From Bacillota bacterium (GTDB taxonomy: Bacteria > Bacillota > Clostridia > Christensenellales > UMGS416): a stretch of DNA of 62,262 nucleotides. The DNA lies in NCBI GenBank assembly GCA_023409755.1, contig JAEYRA010000148.1, positions 1 through 62,262 on the forward strand. Reading direction: 5' to 3'. Of the stretch, positions 1 through 8,135 are shown in pieces (the stretch's first letter is position 1; each line of letters begins with the position of its first letter). A program made the position numbers and the translations under genes. The notes under the pieces are model-generated. The model had not been told where the DNA came from. It was given only the letters and a program-made list of their open reading frames with translations, and did no database searches.

Positions 1-530
1 CGGCGGTGGATCTGCGGGGCGAGGTATTGGTGCCGGAGGTATCCTCATTCATCGGCTGGAATGTTGATGCGAAACTGCTGATGAGCCAAAACGACACAGC
101 GTCGCCGAGCGCCATGACGTTCACCCACCTGGATGGGCGGCAGTTCACCATTGAGAGAGCCTCCTACGTTTCCCGTATGGCTGACGACCGGCTGCTGGTG
201 TACCTAGAAGCGACGGAAGAAAATGGCTATAACAGCCTGGTGGGCATGACCGACGACGACGGCAACTGGATTCTGCCGCCAGAGTATGAGCGGCTGGAGT
301 GGATTGGCAACGGCGTGCTGGTTGCCGGGCGGCGGCAGGCCAATGGGCTGCTGCTGTGCGGCCTGATGGATATGGACGGCAAGGAAGTGCTGCCGGCGAA
401 GTATGACTCGCTGTGGAACACCTACGAAGGGAATCTTTTGCACGCCCGGGTCAGCACGCGCTATGGGCTCATTGACCGGAAGGGAAACTGGGTGTGGTCA
501 GCATCCGACTACAGCACACTTGTGGATTAA
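1..530 (+). CDS. WG-repeat (WG_beta_rep-like) protein, 5' end cut by window edge
   Basis: The frame is open from the window start. Repeated motifs (GNWILPPEYERLEW, DGKEVLPAKYDSLW, KGNWVWSASDY) are typical of WG-containing repeat proteins. Confidence 0.6.
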   Translation, partial: AVDLRGEVLVPEVSSFIGWNVDAKLLMSQNDTASPSAMTFTHLDGRQFTIERASYVSRMADDRLLVYLEATEENGYNSLVGMTDDDGNWILPPEYERLEWIGNGVLVAGRRQANGLLLCGLMDMDGKEVLPAKYDSLWNTYEGNLLHARVSTRYGLIDRKGNWVWSASDYSTLVD

Positions 531-545
531 CAGGAGGAAGAGGGC

Positions 546-1565
546 ATGAAGACCATTCGTGTATGCGCCTTGGCATTGGCGCTGCTGCTGGCCGGCTGCA
601 CTGGGCCGGTGAGCGGAACGACCACCACCGCCGCCGCGACAGCAACCCCCACAATGTCAACGGAAGCCGCCGCGGCGTCGCCCACCCCAATGGCAACCAC
701 CTCGCCCAGCTCGTCACCTTCGCCGTCCGTCACGGTATCCACGCCGCCCGCCGTGGCGTCCAGCCTCCATCTTTCGGTGGAGGATTACCCAGTCGTGGAT
801 GGCTCCACCGCCACGCTGCCGCTGGCCATTGCCGTGCGGGCGTCGGTGACTGGTGAGACCGCTGTGCAAAGCGAGGAGGGGACGCGATTCTCCACCACCG
901 GGCCGGCCTGGCTGGCCCTGCAGCAGGGCACGGCCGATATTCTCATCGTCTACGAGGCCTCCCAGACCATACAGCAAGAGCTGGTGGGGGAGTACGACAA
1001 GTTCCTCAAGACGCCCATCGGCCTGGACGCGCTGGTGTTCCTGGCCAACGAGGGCAACCCCGTGGAGAGTCTGACCCGCCAGCAGATCGTCGACATTTAC
1101 AGCGGCAAGACGACCAACTGGAAGGATGTGGGGGGCAAGGATCAGCAGATCGTGGCCTTCCAGCGGGATGAGAACTCCGGCAGCCAGACGCTGATGAAAA
1201 AGCTGGCAATGGGCGGCACCCCCATGATGGACGCCCCGGCGGAGCTTCGCCCCAGTGAGATGGCGGGTCTCATCACCGACCTGGCCACCTACAACAACGG
1301 CGCCAACGCCCTGGGCTACTCGGTGTACTACTACGTGAAGAACATGTACCAGGCACCGGGCGTGAAGCTGCTGGCGGTGGATGGCGTTTCCCCCACTAGC
1401 GACACCATTGCCAGCGGGCAGTATGCCTACTGCAATCCGTTCTATGCCGTCATCCGCGCTGACGAGCCGGCCGACTCGCCGGCCCATAAGCTCTATGACT
1501 GGCTGACCGGCGCCGAAGGGGCTGCCGCTGTGGAGGCCGTCGGCTACGTGCCGTCGAACCGGTAA
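546..1565 (+). CDS. Lipoprotein with PstS-like periplasmic-binding (PBP-like) substrate-binding domain
   Basis: RBS AGGAGGAAGAGGG lies upstream. There is a signal peptide with lipobox LLAGC, then a T/A/S/P-rich linker. The DGSTATLP...IVAFQRDENSGSQ... region resembles phosphate-binding-like SBPs. Confidence 0.7.
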   Translation: MKTIRVCALALALLLAGCTGPVSGTTTTAAATATPTMSTEAAAASPTPMATTSPSSSPSPSVTVSTPPAVASSLHLSVEDYPVVDGSTATLPLAIAVRASVTGETAVQSEEGTRFSTTGPAWLALQQGTADILIVYEASQTIQQELVGEYDKFLKTPIGLDALVFLANEGNPVESLTRQQIVDIYSGKTTNWKDVGGKDQQIVAFQRDENSGSQTLMKKLAMGGTPMMDAPAELRPSEMAGLITDLATYNNGANALGYSVYYYVKNMYQAPGVKLLAVDGVSPTSDTIASGQYAYCNPFYAVIRADEPADSPAHKLYDWLTGAEGAAAVEAVGYVPSNR

Positions 1566-1576
1566 TGGAGGAGCAC

Positions 1577-2039
1577 ATGATTCGCCGCGCCGCCCAAGAG
1601 GACATTGCCGTGTGCCGGGATATCATTTGGGACAGTGAGTTGTTCCGCACCTGGCACGCGCCAGATTGTGGAGGACAGCCTGCGTTCGCGCTTCGGGGCG
1701 GAGGAACTGTACCTGTCGCTTGACGAGAAAGGCCAGCCGGAAGGCGTGCTCTGGTTCACCTGGCAGGGAGCGTTTCACAGTTTCCCCTATCTGCACATTC
1801 TGGCGGTGAAGGAAAGCAGCCGCAGCCGAGGTGTGGGTTCGCGCCTGTTGATGTTCTTTGAGGAGCAGGCCTTTGCCAAGGCGAACCAGGCGTTCCTGGT
1901 GGTGGCCCACACCAACCCGGCTAAGGCGCTCTATGAGCGCCAGGGCTATGAAGAAGTGGGGGCCATTCCTGGCCTCTACCGGTCGGAGCTGACCGAGTGC
2001 CTGATGCGTAAACGCCGCTCGGCAGACCCAACCCGTTGA
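1577..2039 (+). pseudogene. GNAT family N-acetyltransferase, apparently frameshifted near 1650-1662
   Basis: The ATG at 1577 has RBS GGAGGAG and encodes a GNAT-like N-terminus (MIRRAAQEDIAVCRDIIWDSELFRTW) that stops at 1721-1723. The rest of the fold, including the acetyl-CoA motif (RSRGVGSRLL...YERQGYEEVG), is in the frame of ORF 1605..2039. Confidence 0.55.
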
Positions 2040-2063
2040 CAACCGAAGCGATTCTGGTATACT
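2036..2063 (+). promoter_or_regulatory. Sigma-A type promoter for the proS leader
   Basis: TTGACA (2036-2041), a 16-nt spacer, then extended -10 TGgTATACT (TATACT at 2058-2063). Confidence 0.55.
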
Positions 2064-2069
2064 GATACA

Positions 2070-2296
2070 ATCAAATGGCAGTGACGAGGAACATGCCCGT
2101 ACCACGCGCCAAAGAGAGGGAACTCACCGGCTGAGAGGTTCCCGCGCGGTCGACGGTCCATCCCGCCCCCGATGCCGCGTAGGGGTCGCAACCTTCGCCG
2201 TGTGCCCGCGTTAAGGGCTTGAGCGCCCGGCTGCGGCCGGGAAGCAAGGTGGTACCGCGGTCAACGCCGCCCTTGAGGAATCAGGGGCGGCTTTTC
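2070..2296 (+). promoter_or_regulatory. T-box leader (tRNA-sensing transcription attenuator) controlling proS
   Basis: AGAGAGGG box at 2113-2120. Canonical T-box sequence AAGGTGGTACCGCGG at 2246-2260. This is followed by terminator GCCGCCC...GGGGCGGC + TTTT (2266-2295). The specifier codon was not confidently assigned. Confidence 0.75.
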
Positions 2297-2316
2297 ATTT
2301 GGAAAGGAGCATCCGT

Positions 2317-3762
2317 ATGGCTGGCAAGAATCAGGAGTTTGTCACCCACATCGCCGACATTAACGTCGATTTCCCCCAGTGGTACACCGACGTCGTCCTC
2401 AAGGCCGAGCTCGTGGATTACGGCCCGGTCAAGGGCACCATGGTCATTCGCCCCTATGGGTATGAGATCTGGGAGCGTATCCAGGAGGAACTGGGCGGGC
2501 GCATCAAGGCCACCGGCCACCGCAACGCCTACTTCCCCATGTTCATCCCAAAAAGCTACCTCATGAAGGAGGCCGAGCACGTCGAGGGCTTCGCGCCCGA
2601 GGTCGCCTGGGTCACCAAGGGCGGCAACGAGGAGTTGGCTGAACCGCTCGTCGTCCGCCCCACGTCGGAGACAATCATCTGCTCCATGTATGCCAAGTGG
2701 ATTCAGAGCTACCGCGACCTGCCGGTGCTGATGAACCAGTGGTGCAACGTCGTCCGGTGGGAGAAGTCTACCCGGCCGTTCCTGCGCACCAGTGAGTTCC
2801 TGTGGCAGGAAGGCCACACCGTGCACGAAACGGCTGAGGAGGCTCAGGAGGAGACCCTCAAAATGCTGGAGGTCTACCGCGAGTTTACTGAGAACGTGCT
2901 GGCCATCCCGCTGTCGCTGGGTCTGAAGACCGAGAAGGAGAAGTTTGCCGGTGCCGTGGCCACCTACGCCATCGAGGCGCTGATGCAGGACGGCAAGGCC
3001 CTGCAGGCCGGCACGTCCCACAATCTGGGGCAGCACTTCTCCAAGGTGTTCGACATTATGTACCAAAGCCGCGAGGGCAAGCAGGAGTACGGCTGGCAGA
3101 CAAGCTGGGGCGTCAGCACCCGGCTCATCGGCGGGCTCATCATGGTGCACGGCGACCAGCGCGGCCTGGTGCTGCCGCCCCGCGTCGCGCCCATTGAGGT
3201 CGTCATTCTGCCCATCGCCGCCCACAAGCCCGGCGTGGCTGAGCGCTGCGCTCAGGTGCGTGACGAGCTCGCCGCCGCCGGCATCCGCGTGAAGCTTGAC
3301 GACCGCGACACCGTCTCGGCCGGCTGGAAGTTCAACGAGTGGGAGTTGAAGGGCGTGCCGCTGCGGCTGGAGATTGGCCCCCGTGACATGGAGAATGGTG
3401 TGGCGACCGCCCTGCGGCGCGACACGCTGGAGAAGTTCACCCTGCCGCTCGATGGCATCGCCGCCGCAGCCAAGGCCAAGCTTGATGAGATTCAGAAGGA
3501 TCTCTACGCCAAGGCCAAGGCTTACCGCGACGCTCACACCTTCGACGCCCAGGACATGACCGGACTCCAGGACGCCCTGGACAACGGCCATGGCTATGTG
3601 CGCGGCATGTGGTGCGGCGACCGCGCGTGCGAGGACGCGGTGAAGGAGCGCACCGGTGCCACGGCCCGCTGCATGCCCTTCCACCAGGAGCACATCGGCG
3701 ATACCTGCGTCGTCTGCGGCAAGAAGGCCGACAAGCTGGTGCTGTGGGCGCGCGCTTACTAG
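2317..3762 (+). CDS. proS: Proline--tRNA ligase (archaeal/eukaryote-like class II ProRS, about 480 aa)
   Basis: RBS GGAAAGGAG precedes the ATG at 2317. The protein starts MAGKNQEFVTHIADINVDFPQWYTDVVLKAEL and ends with the C-terminal Zn motif CVVCGKKADKLVLWARAY. Its sequence and length match the short ProRS type. Confidence 0.95.
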   Translation: MAGKNQEFVTHIADINVDFPQWYTDVVLKAELVDYGPVKGTMVIRPYGYEIWERIQEELGGRIKATGHRNAYFPMFIPKSYLMKEAEHVEGFAPEVAWVTKGGNEELAEPLVVRPTSETIICSMYAKWIQSYRDLPVLMNQWCNVVRWEKSTRPFLRTSEFLWQEGHTVHETAEEAQEETLKMLEVYREFTENVLAIPLSLGLKTEKEKFAGAVATYAIEALMQDGKALQAGTSHNLGQHFSKVFDIMYQSREGKQEYGWQTSWGVSTRLIGGLIMVHGDQRGLVLPPRVAPIEVVILPIAAHKPGVAERCAQVRDELAAAGIRVKLDDRDTVSAGWKFNEWELKGVPLRLEIGPRDMENGVATALRRDTLEKFTLPLDGIAAAAKAKLDEIQKDLYAKAKAYRDAHTFDAQDMTGLQDALDNGHGYVRGMWCGDRACEDAVKERTGATARCMPFHQEHIGDTCVVCGKKADKLVLWARAY

Positions 3763-3766
3763 ACTA

Positions 3767-3789
3767 GAAGGGGGATTCCATCCCCCTTC
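3767..3789 (+). terminator. Hairpin after proS (weak terminator, no clear U-tract)
   Basis: GAAGGGGGA / TCCCCCTTC stem with a 5-nt loop immediately after the proS stop. Confidence 0.4.
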
Positions 3790-3933
3790 CGAACCTCCCC
3801 CTGATGTTTGCGGGTGCCGACCTTGGTGGGGCTTGGCGGCGAGTGAATCGCCGCTGCGCACCGAGGTTCGGCGGGCTGGCGGGGAAACGACGGAGAAACC
3901 CTGGGAGCGCTGGCCCTTCGCGTGGAGGAAGGA

Positions 3934-4338
3934 ATGGAGAAGCGTTATTTCCTCGTGTTCCCCAAACACGACGACCTGGAGGCCAGGTTCGCCCGTCTGG
4001 GCATGACTCGCAACGACCAGGGGCCGTGCCTGTGGGTTGATGAGGATCCCTGGTGTGAGATTGAACCGGCGGACTACTACCATGACGGCTTTTTTATGTA
4101 CGAACGGCAACCTGCCTTGCCTGTGGAGCGAGTGTGGGAGTTGTTTGTACACTCCCGCGACGAGGGCAACCGAATGGGAGCCATCAGCCAGATTTTGAAT
4201 CATGAGCCCCATGATGACATTCTGGCCCACTGGGCGGCGTTGCGGTCCCAATCCCCTTCCGGCAGAGCGGTTCGAAGAGCCTTGAAGACGCTGGAAACGC
4301 TCTATGTATTTCAGTTCGGTGAGAGGAAGCGGCCGTAG
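3934..4338 (+). CDS. Hypothetical protein
   Basis: RBS GGAGGAAGGA precedes the ATG at 3934 (MEKRYFLVFPKHDD...). I recognised no family. Confidence 0.5.
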   Translation: MEKRYFLVFPKHDDLEARFARLGMTRNDQGPCLWVDEDPWCEIEPADYYHDGFFMYERQPALPVERVWELFVHSRDEGNRMGAISQILNHEPHDDILAHWAALRSQSPSGRAVRRALKTLETLYVFQFGERKRP

Positions 4339-5289
4339 TTGAAACGGGAAGATACAAAGGACAGCAGCCGAAGTGCCACCGATGACGGTGGCAAGGCCGG
4401 CTTCCCCGCCGCCTGCCGGCTGTGTCCGCGTCGGTGCGGGGCCAATCGGCTGACCGGTGTGGGAGCATGCGGGGTGGGTGCGGGGCTGCGGGTGGCGCGG
4501 GCCGCGCTGCACCACTGGGAGGAACCCTGCATCTCCGGCACGAAGGGGTCGGGCACGGTGTTCTTCTCGGGCTGTGCGCTGCGGTGCTGCTTCTGTCAGA
4601 ATTACCCCATCAGCGCCGGTGCCTTCGGGCGGGACATTTCGGTGGAACGCCTGGCGGAGATCTTCCTGGAGCTGCAGGGCCAGGGGGCTCACAACATCAA
4701 CCTGGTGAACCCAACCCATTACGCACCGCCCATTGCCGAGGCTCTGCGGTTGGCCAAGGCCCGGGGCCTCACGCTCCCTGTCGTCTGCAACTCCGGCGGG
4801 TACGACTCGCCTGCGGTGTTGGCGGCCTTGGACGGGCTGGTGGACATTTACCTGCCCGACCTCAAGTACCGCAGCCAGCAGGCGTCGGCGGCTTACTCCG
4901 GCGCAGCGGATTATTTCGCCGTGGCGTCGCGGGCCATCCCGGCGATGCTTGCACAGGTGGGCCTGCCAGTCTTTGATGGCGACGGACTGTTGCGCCGCGG
5001 TCTCATCGTGCGGCACCTGGTGCTGCCGGGGCAGGCCGCCGATTCGCTGGCCCTGCTCGATTGGCTGGCCGGGGCACTGCCGGCGGGTAGCTTTCTTTTG
5101 AGCCTCATGTGTCAGTACATCCCCAGCCACCGTGCGGCCGAGCACCGCGAGCTCAATCGGCGGCTCACGACGCTGGAATACCAGAAGGTGCTGCGCCGTG
5201 CCGATGAGCTGGGCCTTGCAGGGTTCCGGCAGGAGCGGCCATCGGCCAGCGAGGCCTATGTACCCGATTTCAACCTGGAGGGTGTCTGA
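4339..5289 (+). CDS. Radical SAM protein (PflX-like pyruvate formate-lyase-activating-enzyme-related)
   Basis: CALRCCFC gives the CX3CX2C cluster motif. An N-terminal CxxCxxxC segment is also present. Overall similarity is to the PflX family. TTG start directly after the preceding stop. Confidence 0.8.
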   Translation: MKREDTKDSSRSATDDGGKAGFPAACRLCPRRCGANRLTGVGACGVGAGLRVARAALHHWEEPCISGTKGSGTVFFSGCALRCCFCQNYPISAGAFGRDISVERLAEIFLELQGQGAHNINLVNPTHYAPPIAEALRLAKARGLTLPVVCNSGGYDSPAVLAALDGLVDIYLPDLKYRSQQASAAYSGAADYFAVASRAIPAMLAQVGLPVFDGDGLLRRGLIVRHLVLPGQAADSLALLDWLAGALPAGSFLLSLMCQYIPSHRAAEHRELNRRLTTLEYQKVLRRADELGLAGFRQERPSASEAYVPDFNLEGV

Positions 5290-5299
5290 CGACTTGTAG

Positions 5300-5328
5300 T
5301 TGTCACAACGATACTTTTCCTGTATACT
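5300..5328 (+). promoter_or_regulatory. Sigma-A type promoter upstream of the YebC-family gene
   Basis: TTGTCA (5300-5305), 17-nt spacer, TATACT (5323-5328). Confidence 0.55.
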
Positions 5329-5388
5329 TATCAATTGCCAATGACAAAACACGCCGCCACTGGGCGGAGTTTGATACGGAGGGATTCG

Positions 5389-6129
5389 ATGTCCGGCCAT
5401 TCCAAGTGGGCAACCATGCACAGAAAGAAAGAAAAGATCGACGCGGCCAAGGGGAAGATCTTCACACGCCTGGGGCGGGAGATCATGGTGGCGGTCAAAG
5501 AGGGCGGCGGCCCGAACGTTGACGCCAACATGCGCCTGAGCGCGGTGATCGAAAAGGCCAAGGCCGCCAACATGCCCAACGACAACATCAAGCGCCTCAT
5601 TGAAAAGGCCGCTGGTGCTGCCGCCGGTGAGGGCTACGAGGAGATCACCTACGAAGGCTATGGCCCCGCTGGCATCGCAGTCATCGTCAATGTGCTGACC
5701 GACAACCGCAACCGCACCGCGCCGGAGGTTCGCCACCTCTTTGACAAGGCTGGCGGTTCCCTGGGTGCCAACGGCTGCGTCAGCTGGATGTTTGACCGCA
5801 AGGGTGTCATCGTGATTGAGGAACCGGGCAAGCACACCGAGGACGACATCATGATGGTGGCGCTGGAGGCCGGTGCCGAGGACATCGAGAGCGACGAGGG
5901 GATGTACGAGATCACCACCGCGCCCCAGGACATGCCCGCCGTGCGGGACGCGCTGGAGGCCGCCGGTATCCCCGTCGCGTCCGCCGAAGTCTCCATGGTG
6001 CCCCAGAACACCACCGAGGTAACCGGCGAGACCGCTGAGAAGTTCGTCCGCCTCATTGAAAACCTGGAGGACAACGACGACGTGGACAGCGTGTTCCACA
6101 ACGCCGACATCCCCGAGGAGTATCTGTAA
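5389..6129 (+). CDS. YebC/PmpR family DNA-binding transcriptional regulator
   Basis: N-terminus MSGHSKWATMHRKKEKIDAAKGKIFTRLGREI is diagnostic of the YebC family. ATG at 5389. Confidence 0.95.
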   Translation: MSGHSKWATMHRKKEKIDAAKGKIFTRLGREIMVAVKEGGGPNVDANMRLSAVIEKAKAANMPNDNIKRLIEKAAGAAAGEGYEEITYEGYGPAGIAVIVNVLTDNRNRTAPEVRHLFDKAGGSLGANGCVSWMFDRKGVIVIEEPGKHTEDDIMMVALEAGAEDIESDEGMYEITTAPQDMPAVRDALEAAGIPVASAEVSMVPQNTTEVTGETAEKFVRLIENLEDNDDVDSVFHNADIPEEYL

Positions 6130-6144
6130 GCCGAATGGAATCGT

Positions 6145-6172
6145 GGGGGAGTGGGATGCTCCCCCTTTTTTT
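6145..6172 (+). terminator. Intrinsic terminator after the YebC-family gene
   Basis: GGGGGAG...CTCCCCC stem followed by T7 (6166-6172). Confidence 0.7.
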
Positions 6173-6187
6173 ATTGGAGGTGCTGGC

Positions 6188-6598
6188 ATGGTCGTGATGA
6201 TTGTGGACGGGCAGGGTGGCGGCGTGGGCCGGGCGCTGGTAGCAGCCCTGCGGGCGAAGCTGCCGGCGGGGCACACCATCCGCGCGCTGGGCACCAACTC
6301 GGCGGCAACGGCGGCGATGCTGCGCGCCGGAGCAGACGAAGCCGCCACCGGGGAGCACGCCATTGTGCATAACGCGCCACGGGCCGACGTCATTGCCGGG
6401 CCCATCGGCATCGTGCTGGCCAGCTCTCTGCTGGGGGAGTTGACGCCTGCCATGGCAGCTGCCATTGCGGGCAGTGATGCCCAGAAGGTGTTGCTGCCCA
6501 TGGAGCGCTGTCAGACCCATGTGGTCGGCGCGGTGCCACTGCCCCTGGGGGAGGCCGTGGATCGTGCCGCTGACCTCATCCTGTCCCTTTTGGCCTGA
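6188..6598 (+). CDS. DUF3842 family protein
   Basis: MVVMIVDGQGGGVGRALV...ALGTNSAATAAMLRAGADEAATGE matches the DUF3842 pattern. ATG at 6188. Confidence 0.75.
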   Translation: MVVMIVDGQGGGVGRALVAALRAKLPAGHTIRALGTNSAATAAMLRAGADEAATGEHAIVHNAPRADVIAGPIGIVLASSLLGELTPAMAAAIAGSDAQKVLLPMERCQTHVVGAVPLPLGEAVDRAADLILSLLA

Positions 6599-6602
6599 TT
6601 CC

Positions 6603-6631
6603 TTGACCCGGAGAGCCGCACCCGCTATAAT
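6603..6631 (+). promoter_or_regulatory. Sigma-A type promoter for the cbiM operon leader
   Basis: TTGACC (6603-6608), 17-nt spacer, TATAAT (6626-6631). Confidence 0.6.
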
Positions 6632-6698
6632 AACCTGTGGTGCATTGGGTCATGAAGGCCCCGCCACCTGACCTGGACACCAACGTAGAAATGGACTG

Positions 6699-6753
6699 CC
6701 ATGAAGGCCGTCGGACCGCAGCAGCGGGCCGCGCTTCATGGTATTTTTGTTTT
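6699..6753 (+). terminator. Leader terminator (attenuator) directly upstream of the cbiM RBS
   Basis: CCATGAAG (6699-6706) pairs with CTTCATGG (6734-6741) around a GC-rich interior, followed by TTTTTGTTTT. A second CATGAAGGCC copy at 6650-6659 could form an alternative pairing. Confidence 0.6.
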
Positions 6754-6768
6754 GAGGGGGATTTTGTC

Positions 6769-7827
6769 ATGCACATGTCAGATGCGCTCATCAGCCCCGT
6801 GGTCGGCGGTGTGCTGTGGGCCGGGGCCGTGGGGGCCGCGGCGTACTCGGCGCGCAAGCTCGCCAAGGACGACCTGATGGAGAGCCGCAAGGTACCCATG
6901 ATGGGCGTCATGGGGGCCTTCGTCTTTGCCGCGCAGATGATCAACTTCACCATCCCCGGCACAGGTTCCAGCGGCCACATCGGCGGCGGATTGCTGCTGG
7001 CCGCCCTGTTGGGGCCGGAGGCTGGCTTCCTGGTGCTGATGGCGGTGCTCGCCATTCAGGGGTTGTTCTTTGCCGATGGCGGTCTGCTGGCCATGGGCTG
7101 CAACATCATCAACATCGGCTTCTATGCCTGCTTCCTTGCCTATCCTTTGATTTTCAAACCGTTGACAGGCAAGGGCACTTCCCCGGGCCGCACTACGCTG
7201 GCGGCGGTGCTGTCGGTTGTGGTCGGGCTGCAGTTGGGGGCGTTCTCCGTGGTGTTGGAGACGCTGCTCAGTGGCCGCACCCAGCTTCCTTTTGGCTCCT
7301 TCCTGCTGCTGATGCAGCCCATTCACCTGGCCATCGGTGTGGTGGAGGGGCTCATCACCGCGGCGGTGCTGGTGTTCCTGCGCCGCGCCGCGCCGGAGGC
7401 CCTGCCGGAGAGCCAGACGTCGGTTTCCGGCGGTTTCCCCAAGCGGGCGGTGGCGATCGTGGCTGTGTTGACGCTGGTGACCGGCGGCGCGTTGTCGTGG
7501 TTGGCCTCCACCCACCCCGATGGGCTGGAGTGGTCGATTGCCGGTGTCACCGGGGGGAGCGAGTTGGCCTCCAGCGGCGCGGTGTACGACTCACTGGGCC
7601 AACTGCAGGAGAAGACGGCCTTCCTGCCGGACTATGGCTTCCGCGCACCGGCTGACGATGCGGCGGCGGAGGCCGAAGCACAGTGGCCGGCGGTCAGCGC
7701 GGGTACCTCGGTGGCCGGCGTGGTGGGCAGCGCACTTACACTGGCGGTGGCGGTGGCGGCGGGCCTGCTGCTGTGGCTGCCCCGACGCAGGCGAGCGGCG
7801 CGGGCGGCCCACGGCGACGCCGCTTGA
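6769..7827 (+). CDS. cbiM: ECF-type Co/Ni transporter substrate-capture component CbiM/NikM with C-terminal PDGLE (CbiN-like) extension
   Basis: MHMSDALISPVVGG...AAQMINFTIPGTGSSGHIGGG is the CbiM signature. The C-terminal part contains THPDGLEWSIAG (PDGLE domain) and a terminal TM helix. RBS GAGGGGGA. Confidence 0.85.
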   Translation: MHMSDALISPVVGGVLWAGAVGAAAYSARKLAKDDLMESRKVPMMGVMGAFVFAAQMINFTIPGTGSSGHIGGGLLLAALLGPEAGFLVLMAVLAIQGLFFADGGLLAMGCNIINIGFYACFLAYPLIFKPLTGKGTSPGRTTLAAVLSVVVGLQLGAFSVVLETLLSGRTQLPFGSFLLLMQPIHLAIGVVEGLITAAVLVFLRRAAPEALPESQTSVSGGFPKRAVAIVAVLTLVTGGALSWLASTHPDGLEWSIAGVTGGSELASSGAVYDSLGQLQEKTAFLPDYGFRAPADDAAAEAEAQWPAVSAGTSVAGVVGSALTLAVAVAAGLLLWLPRRRRAARAAHGDAA

Positions 7828-7887
7828 CAGGGTAGGGTCGGCAACACAACAGGCGGGCCGGCGGCCCGCCTCGACTTGTCAATAGAG

Positions 7888-8116
7888 GTGGGATAAGGAT
7901 TGGGAGTATGGGCCGACCGACGGTTTATCCGGCGGGAGGGAGACATAAATCAATGGAAAAAGCAGACGCAAAAACTCGCCCGTGGCGAAACGTATCCGAT
8001 GAAAGCTGCATGAGTGCTATGGGTGGGTATCGTTCGGCGACATGCGCGGCGAACGATACGAGAAAACCGAAACAAGCAGTCTGAATCGCGGACGTCGCCG
8101 CAGCGGCGTACGTGAA
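7888..8116 (+). repeat. Copy 1 of the multi-hairpin intergenic element family, between cbiM and cbiQ
   Basis: It shares the ordered motifs with the other five copies: HP1 CGACGG-TTTAT-CCGGCG + GGGAGG; CGCC-CGT-GGCG + AAACGTA; ATGAG; GTATCGTTCG-GCGACATGCGCGG-CGAACGATAC; AACAAGCAGTCTGAAT; and CGCGGACGTCGC-CGCA-GCGGCGTACGTG. Confidence 0.85.
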
Positions 8117-8135
8117 CCGAAGGAGGAACGGGCAA

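Noticed and set aside
3825-3900. Possible seventh, degenerate element fragment downstream of proS (CGGCGA-GTGAA-TCGCCG hairpin, GTGAATCGCCGC resembling CTGAATCGCGGC)
   Set aside because: Only short motif-level resemblance. The ordered HP1-HP4 architecture cannot be aligned, so it may be chance in GC-rich DNA.
2281-6501. 1406-aa minus-strand ORF, the longest in the track
   Set aside because: It runs antisense across five well-supported plus-strand genes (proS, a hypothetical gene, radical SAM, YebC-family, DUF3842). Its composition is G/A/R/P/H-rich low-complexity with no recognisable domains. This is a typical stop-codon-poor shadow ORF of GC-rich DNA.
6632-6768. Cobalamin riboswitch upstream of cbiM
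   Set aside because: Only about 60 nt are available before the terminator. I see no GGGAA/GGTG core and only a partial GCCACCTG resemblance to the B12 box. It is kept only as an unspecified attenuator.
7953-8084. 43-codon plus-strand ORF starting after the GGGAGG motif of repeat copy 1
   Set aside because: The GGGAGG looks like an SD, but the other copies have no equivalent ORF. Copy 4 would give only a 6-codon peptide, and copies 5 and 6 give none.
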